Positions 14,325 to 27,008 of a DNA stretch of 64,000 nucleotides are shown here, piece by piece. Within the stretch, counting starts at the first letter, position 1. Every line of letters starts with the position of its first letter. The position numbers were made by a program, and so were the translations under genes. The notes beneath the pieces were generated by a model that made no database searches, had not been told where the DNA came from, and saw only the letters and a list, made by a program, of their open reading frames with translations. Source of the DNA: Octopus vulgaris (Eukaryota); NCBI GenBank assembly GCA_951406725.2, contig OX597821.1, positions 105,524,001-105,588,000 on the forward strand, written 5' to 3'.

Positions 14325-15935
14325 ACTGAAAAACTACGAAGCGGTGACAGGAGCGAAAATCAACCGGGAAAAGTCAGTGGGCTTCCGACTAGTCACCTGG
14401 AGATGCAAGCCCATGCCGTCCACCAGCGCCTCCGTCGTGGGACGCTGGACCGACGGCCCGGTTGAGTTGCTCGGGGTCTGGTTTGGTCCGGACCTCCAAG
14501 TGGAGAAGAACTGGAACGAGATAACGAGTAGGGTGGTCACTCTCGCCCGGCAATGGGCCGAGAGGAAACTGTCCCTAAAAGGTCGAGCGGAGGTGGCGAA
14601 CACGTACATCGCGTCCGTCATCTACTACCGCCTGACCGTCGTACCTTGTCCCGACACTACCATCACCAAACTACAACGCATTCTCTTTCGCTTCTTGTGG
14701 AAAGGATGCGTCCCGATGGTCAGGCGATCCATTTGCTGTCAACACCCGTTAAAAGGAGGGCTGGGCATGCCGTGGTTGATGATGCGCAGATACGCGCTGA
14801 GACTGCGACATCTCTGGCTCTATGTAGACGACGGTGAACAGGTGTGGTCGCCGTTTGTGAGGCACGCTTTCCCGTAGCTCGTCTCCATGACCGAACTGCA
14901 GTCGTGGATTAAAAAGAGGCCGAGGAAGGGCGAATGGCACCGCGAGTGTCGCGTTGCTCTCAAGCAACTTTGCCGTCCTGGGTCGACCTTAAGTGACTTC
15001 AACACAACCAAAGCATTCTATAGGGGTTTAGTGGAGGGGAGGTACGACGACGAGCTCGGGGCGAACCTGGACGTCGACGAGGAGTACCTGACCCGCCTGT
15101 TCAGGACGACTATCGGGCCAGGGCCCATGGACAACTTCCAGAGATCCCTGGCCTGGCAGTGCTACCGAGAAGTGCTACCCGTTCGGGATAAGCTCTACAG
15201 ACACGGCTCGAGAAACACGGGGCCGACCTGCCCGAGATGCGGTCAGAGCGACGAAACCGTTCTGCACGCACTCGTTCAGTGTCCAACAATTTCCGACCTG
15301 TGGGCTTTTGTCGAACAACTGCTGTCACGTGAGGAACGAGTCGGTTTATCAGCTGAGTCTATCGTCAATATTGTCACGCCTCCTTCCTTCAAACGGGAAG
15401 GAAGAGCTATTTTAATCATCCTTGTGGCTATGGCGAAGGAATGTATCTGGTGGACGCGTCTGAAAGGATTGGAGACAAACACTTTCCTCTCTGTCAATCT
15501 CTCATCAACTTCTTCAAGTACCACTTGAAAAGGAAAGTGAGAGTAGAGAGGCAAGTTTTGTCTAGCGAATGTTTTAAAAAAAGATGGGTGAATGTAGCAA
15601 GAATGGCACGTATGAATGACGAAGCCACCTTGAGCATAATCCTATGAACCCAGAAATTGAAAACAGAGATTTGCTTATTTCCACGGGTAAACCTCACCTG
15701 TCCTCCCCTTTACACTTCATATTGACATTTCTGTGATAACGATCCCTATTGATCAATTTTTTTTCCTCTCCCCCCTTTTTTTTAACCCCCCTTTTTTGTC
15801 CTCTTTCTCTCCTTTTACGATCCCTTTTGATCGAAACTCCCCCCTTTCCTTTTTTTTTTTTAAACCTTCAAAAGAAAAGCTCTACCTTGTAATTTGTTCT
15901 ATCTGTGTGCAGCCCTGTGTGGCTAATAAAGAAAC
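14325..15935 (+). mobile_element. Tx1/L1-group LINE, 5'-truncated ORF2 (RT C-terminus + CCHC zinc finger), inserted in (TCTA)n
   Basis: [70 protein letters not shown]. In-frame TAG at 14875-14877, frameshift near 15490, stop at 15647. Pyrimidine-rich 3'UTR with AATAAA at about 15925. Confidence 0.92.
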
Positions 15936-15986
15936 ATATCTATCTATCTATCCTATCTATCTATCTATCTATCTACCTATCTATAT

Positions 15987-16056
15987 ATCTGTCTGTGTGT
16001 CTCTCTATCTATTTATCTGTCTATCTATTTTTGTCTATCTATCTACCTATCTATCC

Positions 16057-16058
<2 letters not shown>
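15987..16058 (+). repeat. Right copy of 72-bp exact duplication flanking the Tx1 LINE
   Basis: Identical to 14185-14256. Confidence 0.9.
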
Positions 16059-16137
<79 letters not shown>

Positions 16138-17310
16138 CCTCCCTACTTATCTACCATCCTAGCTACGTAATAATTTATCTATCTATCAATATGGTGTGTT
16201 TGTAGACACATGTATATGTATGACTATGCTTACATATGTATAATCTAAACACACACATACTAACACACACAGATACGGACGCTCGCACACATACCCACAT
16301 AGACAGATACGTACATTATCAACTAATACAAATATTTAAAGATCCGAATATCATTATGGTGATCGTCTAGAAAATTGCGTGCTATTTGTTTGTAGGGACA
16401 ATTAAAGCTCTAAATGAATCACTCCTCTTTACTATTCCCTTGTATACTTTCTAAGAACAAACACATTCAAATCGATCACCGGAATGAAAATGCGAAATAG
16501 GGTAAACTTTTCATTGACGATTCACCATCTACCTACGAGAATAACTTCGATAAATTTCTTTCGTAGTTTTCACTCTGTATATGTACATCGATATATATAA
16601 TTCATTAAATATTTTTTGTAAATAGAAGCAAGATAGGAAAAAGTAGTTTACGTAAGATATGTAATCATCTATAATTATATATTAATCTATTTAGATTTTA
16701 TCTAATACATAATTTTTTTCGGAGACACAGACAAATATCGATAGAAAGTAAAACGCTATTGAAGTACTTTTAATGTGCAATCTATTAAATGTTGGCTCAA
16801 TAATATTCCTGAAACATGTACTCTTCTATAGTTAATCATCTCATTCAACATAGGTTTAAATAGGAAGACCCAGCGAGAAAAAAAAAAACAGAATTGATTT
16901 TTCTTTTGTTCCTCCTTAATCAACGCAGTATTGATGAGGAATACTTGATATACAAGCAACAAAATGGTCTTCATTTACTTTTCCCCTAGCAATGTTCTCA
17001 TTCATTATTACCCCCTTGACAAATTACCTACTACATTTCAAATATATTTATCATCTATTCCTTAGTTTCATCTGTATCCTTCGCATTTTAATACCTCAGA
17101 AAACCATTATAAATTGTCTCAACGTTTTTTTTTTATTTTGAGATATGTAAACTTTTTAAAATGCTTAGAAAGTGTTGGCTTTAATGACGTAACTATGACG
17201 TTAACCGTTTTAAAACGTCAATGAAAAGCCTGTTTTATTTTAGAAAAAAATATCATTCCAGTGAGAAAACAAAATTTGCAAAATAGCTTCACATATACAC
17301 ACACGCACGC

Positions 17311-17385
<75 letters not shown>

Positions 17386-19416
17386 ACACACACATATATA
17401 TGTAAAGAAACATTGGAAAAACGGTGCCATTTTATGTCTTCATACATATATACTTAGTTCATAAATGAACCTCGGATATGTAGTGGTCTACGTAACTAAA
17501 TTGTAGAATGAACTTCCCTGAAAGAAAGATTATAGAGTGACCTCCCTTTACCAAGTCTCTCGAAGCCTCTATGTCTAGAATCTCTAGCCTTCTATTTATA
17601 AAAACTGCTTGCTAACTCTGTTCTTCGCTTCTCAGTCGATTAAACATGGAGCTATTCACGCCATTGCTATATCCGTCTATTTCTCTACGCCACATGACTG
17701 AAAACCACCACCTAGCTGTTATTTCTATATTTCCTATCTCTGAACTTTCTTGCATAGATTGCTTCATTTAACTAGACTCTACATTTTGATTGCGTATCAT
17801 CATCGACCAATAAATAAGTTATATTTTTATGTAGTAAATATATAGATCTTGAATTTATCCGTCATCTCTTTATGAACTATTATAATAAGATACACGCAGC
17901 CACATCAACACCTTGTAGTGACTATATATTCCCACAACGGATATGTTTCAGCTGTATATTTTTTAATTACATATATTTTGTATTCCCTTGTAGTTCGCCT
18001 GGAGCAATTAATCCGAAGTAGGTGAGGTCTAACAAAATTAAAGAAGAAAGACGAAAACAAGCAGACGTGAACAACCAATTTTCAGCCGTTCAAATTTTCC
18101 CTTTCAGGAATTGAAACAGGTTTGAAATAGGTTCTTTAGAGTGTTCGAATTTTTTAGTGATATTTGTACCATGAGGTTTTGTAATGGCGAAGGTGTTTTA
18201 AGTCATATACATATGTTAAGTTGGTTTTTAATGCGATTTAATGCCAGTAGCCAGTTATTAATTTTGTGATGAAATTCTTGTTTACGGGTTTATTTTGGCA
18301 TCGGTTTGAATATGGGCTCCATGATTAACCTAGATTCATGGAATGTATATAAATATATGCAGTAAAATAACGATAAAGCTTGATCACTGGATAGAAAAAA
18401 TATGTATGTGCATGTGTGTATTTGTGTGTGAGTGTCTGGATACGTATGTTTGTATGCATGTGTGTGTATGTATGGCAATTCGGCACACACACACATGTAC
18501 ACAGCAATATATGTATACACATACGTGAGAATACGCTGTATTTTATATTTTTATTTATTAATATACTTGGTTCTGTAACGTATGCATTATTCTCAGTCTC
18601 TTAAGTGTATCTTAAAATATGAGAAGCCATAAACAACATGAAACATTTATACAAACATTGCCTAAACTTTATAAGACTATGTCTACCACACAAATATGAC
18701 TTTCGAAAGTTTCAGTTAATTTTTCTTGATTCTGTCGTACGATATAATATTCAGTTTCCTACTTTTTTTACGGTCACTATCTTGAACTCACTTTTTGTTT
18801 TATGTTAGATTCTGGTTCATGTTTCACTGTTTATATTTATTTCCATCATATTTGTCTTCTATATCCCTTTCTTCTTCAGTTTCTCTTTATTTTTATTTAA
18901 TCTAGTGTCTATCTAGAATTCATATCATTGGCAACATGCCACGGATGTCGATGGGAAAACGCAGCCATTGGGAAAAAATTATTAGAGACACACTAGCATT
19001 GACACTGCTATTATAAATCGTAAGGCAAGAAAGGCAGAGGAATCTGATATCGTAACGCGAAACAAATACCCATTATTCATCTCGTGCACATTCTTCCTTA
19101 ATATATATTTTATTAGAATCATTGCCATTCTGGGTGTACTCCAACGACAAAGAACTAAATGACTTTTGAATAACGTTAGTTGTATCCGTCAGAAGTAATA
19201 TATGAATATATTCGAAAATCCTACCTGAAAGTGATGATGATGATATGAGTCGTTTATCATGATGGGGATGATGATGCTAAAAATGTTAAGGTTATTGGTG
19301 GGGTGATCGCGATGATGATGATGATGATGATGGCGATAAGGAAAATGTTGATGGAGACGAGCATGGTACGACACGGCTCATACAGAAATACATGCTAAGG
19401 CAATCAAGGTACACAG

Positions 19417-20283
19417 TTGGCCTGCTCTCCAGTTGGCTTGCCCTCCGGTTGGCCTGCTCCCCAGCTGGCCTGCACCCCAGTTGGCCTGCTCTCCAGTTGG
19501 CTTGCTCCCCAGCTGGCCTGCTCTGCAGTTGGCAGGCTCTCCTGTTGGCCTGCTCTCCAGTTGACCTGCTCTCCAGTTAGCTTGCTCTCCAGTTGGCCTG
19601 CTCTACAGTTGGCTTGCTCCCCAGTTGGCCTGCTCTCCAGTTGGCCTGCTCTCCAGTTCGTCTGCTCTCCAGTTGGACTGCTCTCCAGTTGGCTTGCTCC
19701 CAAGCTTGCCTGCTCTCCAGTTGGCTTGCTCTCCAGTTCGCCTGCTATCCAGTTGACTTGCTCTCCAGTTGGCTTGCTCCCCAGTTGGCCTGCTTTCATG
19801 TTGGCCTGCTCTCCAGCTGGTCTGCTCTCCAGCTGGCCTGCTCTCCAGTTGGCCTCCTCTCCAGTTCTTGCTCTCCAGTTGGGCTGCTCTACAGTTGGCT
19901 TGCTCCCCACTTGGCCTGCTCTCCAGTTCGCCTGCTCTCCAGTTGGACTGTTCTGCAGTTGACTTGCTCCCAAGCTGGCCTGCTTTCCAGTTGGCTTGCT
20001 CTCCAGTTGGCCTGCTATCCAGTTGGCTTGCTCTCCAGTTGGCCTGCTCTGCAATTGGCTTGCTCTCCAGTTGTCCTGCTCTCCAGGTGGCCTGCTCTCC
20101 ATTTGGTCTGCTCTCCTTTTGGTCTGCTCTCCAGTTGGCCTGCTCTCCAGTTAACTTGCTCTCCAGTTGGTCTGATCTCCTTTTGACTTGCTCTCTAATT
20201 GACCGGCTCTCCAGTTGGCCTGCTCTCCATTTGACTTGCTCTCTTTATGACTTGCTCTCCAGTTGGGTTGGTCTCCTTTTGGG
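19417..20283. repeat. 16-bp GC-rich minisatellite (TTGGCCTGCTCTCCAG)n, roughly 54 units
   Basis: Contiguous variant units with no spacers, degenerating toward the right end. Explains the overlapping ORFs at 19392-20314. Confidence 0.95.
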
Positions 20284-20525
20284 TTGCACGTTTTTGTTAA
20301 ACCATCGTTTCTGAATGTAAAATTAAATTTAAATGTAGCAATAAATTTCAGCGATGTGCACTTTATTATCAATTTTCCGATGAAAATTATCCCACATCCG
20401 TTTATAATTTCATAGTTAGCATATACATACATATATGCCTACATACGAAGAGAAATACATACATGTATATATATACATATATACATACACACATATATAT
20501 ATATATAAATGTGTATATACAGGAA

Positions 20526-20565
<40 letters not shown>

Positions 20566-20768
20566 TATATTTATTTATATACGTCTATGTGTGCGTACGT
20601 GTGCTTATTTCTGCGTGTGTACTTGTGTGTGCGTTTAAAATTTAACAGCCATTATTAAATGATATGTTTAAAATTATTTTTCCAATTTGATTTTAGGCAA
20701 CATTTGAATTACAAATGTGTTTATTTCCATATTGCTATTATTATATCCTGCTGGCACTAGAACTTGCA

Positions 20769-20897
<129 letters not shown>

Positions 20898-20902
20898 ACT
20901 AT

Positions 20903-20946
<44 letters not shown>

Positions 20947-22015
20947 CTACCCATCTAACAGTATATCTATCTATTTATCTATCTATCTCTCTATTTATCT
21001 ATCTATATTTCTATGTATCTATATGTACATACATAGATACATAAATACATACATATGTATAAACATATATGCACACTTATATATACATATTATAACAGAC
21101 ACAGATATATAGCATTATATGTTATATTGTAATTATAAGATTGAGGTCGAAATTCTAATCGATATTTACTTCAGTTGGCGCTGAATTGAATTTAATATTA
21201 TCCATCATGTAAGCTGGCTATTTAATTACTATATATGTTGCTTGCAGTAAACAATAATAACAAATGAATTTCATTATAAATAATGTATTTAGAATATGTG
21301 GTTCCCTGCAATTCATATATGTTGGACACCAGGAATTGCTTCGTCCATGTTATAGGAAAGTTCCGTGATTAAAACTTTCATGAATAGAAATAAGGCTAGA
21401 ATATGTGCATGAATTCAAATGTAAGTTTTAAATATATTTTATTTAAATTAGTTGGGCAGTCGTGTTGAGAAGACGCACGTACATCGCAATATTTTATGAA
21501 TAACTCTAAAAATTTCATTTTCCCACATGGGGCGTCTATCATAACTTCCTCGTTTTCAAATTATCGTGACCCAATTTTTCAAAATGTGTAGGCGTACATT
21601 TATCTCGCGCAAATTCAAAAAGAAAGGAAAATCGGTATGATGAGAGCGCTAAGAAATTCGACGGTACTGTAAGAAAATCGATCGTTCTTCATTGAATGCA
21701 GATTTTTAAAAATTTTATTTCATTTGACGTTTTTGCTAAAATCAGATGCTTGTTCCTGGATTTCTAAAATATATAGCACTGCTTCAATGTATTTCCTGTA
21801 CGTAAAAATACGTAAAAATAACGGAGCAGAATAGGCGGAAATATACCTGTTCACACAGTTCATTAACTCAACGATTTCACTTTCCTTCTCATTTTCTTGA
21901 AAATCTTTTGTATAAGTGCATATCCATTTATGTAAATGTACAATCGTGCAAAAGTACACATATGTTCATACATATATATATATACACACACACATGCGCA
22001 CACACATATATACCT

Positions 22016-22247
22016 GTTTCTTTACTACCCACAAGGGGCTAAACAAAGATAGGACAAACAAGGACAGACAAACGGATGAAGTCTATTATATCGACCTCAG
22101 TGCGTAACTGGTCCTTACTTTATCAACCCCGAAAGGATGAAAGGCAAAGTCGATTTCGGTGGAATTTGAACTCAGAACGTAGAGGCAGACGAAATAGCGC
22201 TAAGCATTTCGCCCAACGTGCGAACAATTCTGCCAGCTCACCGCCTT
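22016..22247 (-). mobile_element. tRNA-derived SINE (same family as 10101-10490)
   Basis: Colinear high similarity to about 10270-10490. Confidence 0.82.
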
Positions 22248-22364
22248 ATATACCTACACATATATACATACACTCATATATAGTTGCATATATAGATATA
22301 TATATATTTATAAACAAAACGGAGAGTTTGAATAAACCAAATTCAATTTATTTTCAGAACTCTC

Positions 22365-22461
22365 GACTACATAAAGCCTATGATCGTTTCGATATCCACC
22401 TTTATTAATTTGACAATTAATGCTTGCATTATTGATTTAAATGTTGAGATGTCTCCAGGTC
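22365..22461 (-). ncRNA. Degenerate hammerhead with long stem II
   Basis: GAC CUGGAGA cauc...aaggtggauauc GAAAC ...uuau GUA GUC. Stem I GAC/GUC intact, core A>G. Confidence 0.5.
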
Positions 22462-22524
22462 TAAAATCGACATATTTCTTTACAACCCGAACTTCAAGTG
22501 TTCATTATAGATTCTAAACCATTG

Positions 22525-22623
22525 GTCCTGAAGAAATCTCTACCTTTAAATCATAATGTAACTATTATTAATTGTACAAAGAATGAAGGTGGATACTGAA
22601 ACAGTCGTTGGTGTTATGTAGTC
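22525..22623 (+). ncRNA. Degenerate hammerhead with long stem II
   Basis: GTC CTGAAGA aatc-TCTACCTT...AAGGTGGA-tact GAAACA...TGTA GTC. Core intact, one stem I mismatch. Confidence 0.55.
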
Positions 22624-22937
22624 GAAAGATATGTAAACATATTGATTTTTCTGTATTCATATTCTCCATGTTCTTTTTATTATATTACTGAAATCATGTT
22701 CCAAGATATTGAATCAGAAAAATAAATTTCTATGCAGTCTAATCATACTCCATAATATCATAGTACTAGTTCCTTGTAAATAATAACACTAATGCAGAGA
22801 AACAAATTGCAGTAAATTCACAGATATATGCATAAACCGGCGGAGACTTCGATGTAAGTCATTCCTTGAAGGATCAGTTCTTCCTTCGCAAAACGTTATA
22901 TATGTATACATACATACATATGTATATATATATATAT

Positions 22938-23371
22938 ATGCAAAATAAGAAAATGGAGGTATACAATTTAATCAATCATCAACTACCAGATAATACCCAT
23001 TCACATAATTTATTAACCAACTACATAGGAACATCAAGATCAAACACAATAATACAGAACAAAACATTACACATCAATGAGTAATATGATACCATAAGTA
23101 CAATACGTATACATAAATATAAATAAATATAAATATGTGAATGGGTATTATCTGGTAGTTGATGATTGATTAAAGAGTATTCCTCCATTTTCCTATTTTG
23201 TATTATGAATTTGAGGTAAAACATTTTTACCTTCGCCCATATAATACGATAAATGAATTAATTGCATTGCAATTCTTAGCATTTATGTATTAGCATTACT
23301 GGGTGCATTACTGGCAGTATATTGGATATATGTTATCCCATAGAGGGTTACACTCAGAACCCCTATCTCAC
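22938..23371 (+). mobile_element. Fold-back PLE-type remnant (70-bp arms + about 168-bp tail) between (TA)n tracts
   Basis: 22938-23007 is the reverse complement of 23134-23203 with a few mismatches. Tail 23204-23371, then (TA)n. Confidence 0.65.
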
Positions 23372-23395
23372 TATATATATAAATATATATATATA

Positions 23396-23497
<102 letters not shown>

Positions 23498-23552
23498 TGT
23501 ATGTATGTATGTATGTATGTATTTGTGTAGCATGTATGAGAGAAGTTGTAAT

Positions 23553-23875
23553 AAATGTAATAAATACCATATGGCGCCGGACTAGACTATGCATTTAAAT
23601 AATTCTCTATATGATCGATTACATATAGAAGGAGCTAGTGAAACACAAATAATTATTTTCACATAATCTACACATTCCTCAAACGAAAAATACTCAGTAT
23701 GTCAATTTCCCCGAGCGCATCAACCTTGGTTCGCATAAAGCGGATCGGATACACAAAACGGTCAAAAACTTCACAGACACTTATCCCTAAACAACACTGA
23801 AAAGCTTGTAAAATCCCCATCTCGCTTGCCTCGAAAAAAATAAATACACCATCATGCATCTCCGAAACACAAAAT
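23553..23875. repeat. About 320-bp dispersed/direct repeat, copy 1
   Basis: Colinear with 28546-28880 (tggcgcc.gactagactatg..ttacatatagaaggagctagtgaaaca..aatactcagtatgtcaa..). Confidence 0.85.
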
Positions 23876-24874
23876 GTGTATCTTTCTAATGTAGAAGGAT
23901 AAAAATGACTCCAACAAAATGATATATACTATACCGCTCTGTCTAATGCTGTAGATTTCTGAAATTCATCTTTTTGCAGCGAAAAAACAGTGAGTCCAGC
24001 ACAAATATATTCATATAAATATAACTTCTCGTCCGATATAAATGTTTATATAGATGTGTGTGCGTGCGTGTGTGTGTATGTATGTGTGTGTGTGTGTGTG
24101 TGTAAATATTTATATTTCTCTCTTTCTCTCTTTCTCTCTCGCTGTCTTTCTCCTTCTAAACAGACTGAATTTCGTAAAACGGTGAATTTAGTGTTTACGA
24201 AATGTTATTTCTCAAAAACCACTTGAGGTCGGTCAACTTTTTTATCATATAGTTTAACGCTAATTATCTGCCATAATCCTTTCACTGATGAAGAGATTAA
24301 CTGAGGCTCTCTGAAAAACAAGTTGACGTTAGATTTCTATCTCTGCGTGATAGACTTCAATAAAGTTTTGACATCTTCCTAAAACTGACTACATATAAAT
24401 GATTTTAATTGAAAAATGAAATCAGCATTCTGATGTTATCATACGTTTGATCTTTATGAAGGAAGTTTTCTAAGGTCTGTAAGGAAGTATATTTGTGTCA
24501 GTAGGAAAAATTACGACGAATCTAGGTCTTGAATGTGATAGGCATATTTCTTAACAATGAAAATATAAATAGTTTTATCTATTGATCATGAAATGTAAAA
24601 AGATTTGTTTGTTTAGGATGTAGGGTGGAACGTGTTATAAGTATTTCGAAATGAAAGCTATCAAACATTTTATGATAGAAACACAATAGCCCCATTGGTA
24701 ATAGGCGACAACTCCTTCCCAAACATTATTCAGACAAGCTAGATAAGAATGTTAACATAAATACCTCTTATTTTATTAGCACTAGTTATCTTCCTGACAT
24801 AGTACATATCCACTTGGCGGGAAAGAATGTAGAATCAATCATTTTAGATATTAAATCTTCACCTTAGTGAATTC

Positions 24875-27008
24875 CACTGGGCAACAGCATTTTAATTTCG
24901 TCTGGTGCCTGGAATATTTCAACGAATTCTTAAGAGATATTGTCTGCTAAATTCAAGAATAACATCAGGTTTTTCTCTATCAGGTCTAGTGTTATGACCA
25001 GAACTGATGGAGCAAGTATTTTATTCATACTAGAAGCATATAATACGAATCAATAAAGAGTATGTAACACGAAACATGACAAAGTACAAATAAAAATTCA
25101 AAATTGAAAACGCACTTTGGCAAAGATTTTTGACAGAAATTTCAAGGAATAAATTTACGCTTCTTTGTTCACTGTGAATATTGAGCGACAGGAGTATCTT
25201 GTTTTAAATACCAGTAATAGTCTGCCACCATCACAGCGCTCCAACAACCTTGGTAACGAGTTTCTATTTTCTTGATGTCCTGATGGAATCGTTCGCCGTG
25301 TTCATCGCTAACATCTCTGATATTTTCAGGAAAACAACCAAGATCACTGAAAAGATAATGCATTTTGATGCTCATATTTTCGCCAAGACCACGAAAAGTT
25401 GATATCAAGTTCGTAACAAGATCTTTATAGTTTTTACTTTTGCGTTTCCCAAGAACATTTTGCTCTACTTCTGCAAAGGATAGCGAAGCAGATGTTTCAT
25501 TTTCGCACATCAATATGTGTCCTTCAAAAGCTTTAGGTTTTGCGATCTTCAATTCTAGATATACTCTAGAGATATAATTGAAGCACTCTCCATTTTTGTC
25601 AAGAGCTTTGACGAATTACTTTATCAACCCGCTTTTGATGTGCAAAGTGGGGAAAATTATGTTATTTCGCTCAACAACTATATTGGGAGCTCTACATGGA
25701 ACCATATTTTTTCGAGGTTAGTCTATCTTAATATCGTGATTTACACGGTCCCTACTGTCCCATATGCAAAGAAAGAATGGGTATTTGGTGTAATCAGAGT
25801 GCTGTCGTATGAGAAATTGGACCATTTTAAATTCAACACAGACGACCCATTTATAATCATGATGCAGGACCGTCTCTAAAACCAACTTAATTTCTTCATA
25901 TTTTCCGTTTAGAGTTTTTGAGTGCCCGAGTGGGACAGAGCCATACACATTTCCGTTGTGTAACAATACATATTTTAAACTACTCCAAGAGCTCTCTATG
26001 AAAAGATGTCATTCCTCTGGCTTGTATTCCTTAATGCCAAGTTTATTAAGAAGCCTATTGACATCTCTGCAGTAAATCAGCTCTTCCTTTTAAGTGAAGA
26101 AAGAAACGAACTCTCCATGCCGAGTCCGATACAAAGGTTATACGAACACCATTCTGTAGAAGATTCTTCTCTTTCAGTCGGGAAGCCAACAGTTTTCCAG
26201 AATTTTTGGGGAGGTTCAATCACGAACTAGACCCTTCAGCTGTACCTGGGAGAACAGCTGAGGTAAAGTCCCAACAGAAAATCTTGATCTCTAGTTCATC
26301 TTCAGGTGATGAATCTTCTTTGTTTGAGGGTAAAGTTATCTGAGGCAAAACATTGAAAAGAAGAACAGAAAGCTGTTTAATGTGTGGAACCAGTCCAATA
26401 GCAAAGGCAATATTAGGATAGGCAAATGTCTGTCAATTTTTCCGGTTCATACCCTACAAATTTATGTTACAAAAACAGGAATCGTTCATGTGATTATAGG
26501 CCTCCTGCAAACCACAATCTTTTTCTTATTCCTTTAATCCATTGTCGCAAATGTTCTGTACAATTTTTACAGATAGTATGTGGTGCCCAATATTTATCTT
26601 GATCTCCCAGTTGACTCCAAAATGTGCTATATACGCTCTCTCAACAAAATCAGTGATGTTTTTTCTCGATTTTCAGGTAGTATTTACCCACCACAAACAT
26701 AACAATACACATTTGGATTATTAGCGCAACACTTTCTTGAAGAAGAGGTGATCTTGCTCATCTTCTATTGGTTACTTTCACCGCAACATCTAAAAATTTT
26801 GAAAAGGAAAAAAAAACCCAACAAATTAGAATAAGTTAGTGAACACTGTGTACTAGACGTACACACATACATACTTACAATAGCGATGTTCAATAACTTA
26901 AAAACTAGACCTGATATGTCAAAAAGAAAGCCATACTTGGATACAGGAAACGGATTTTGTATAGGGATGATGTCTATTTCTTAAACGCCAAAACCTTGTA
27001 GACCAGGC
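24875..27008 (-). mobile_element. Chapaev3-type (CMC) DNA transposon, decayed transposase
   Basis: Minus-strand pieces: NNPNVYCYVCG..YIAHFG..GDQDKYWAPHTICKNC, LHNGNVYGSVPLGHS..YTKYPFFLCIWDSRDR..H, and NMSIKMHYL..FPEN..VSDEHGERFHQDI..RYQG.W..MVADYYW. Left end is CACTGGGCAACA with a degenerate partner at about 26997-27008. Subterminal inverted 13-mer tatcaggtctagt (about 24978) / actagacctgata (about 26904). Confidence 0.82.

Larger units (their letters stand above)
22310..22897 (+). mobile_element. Old, diverged fold-back PLE-type remnant with paired hammerheads
   Basis: About 22310-22470 is a diverged reverse complement of about 22515-22680 (e.g. tcgactacataa / ttatgtagtcga, tatccacctt / aaggtggata). 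A tail runs to TA-rich sequence at about 22898. Confidence 0.65.

Noticed and set aside
19417-20283. CRISPR array or repetitive protein gene
   Set aside because: No unique spacers. The 16-bp unit is not a multiple of 3, and ORFs appear in several frames on both strands.
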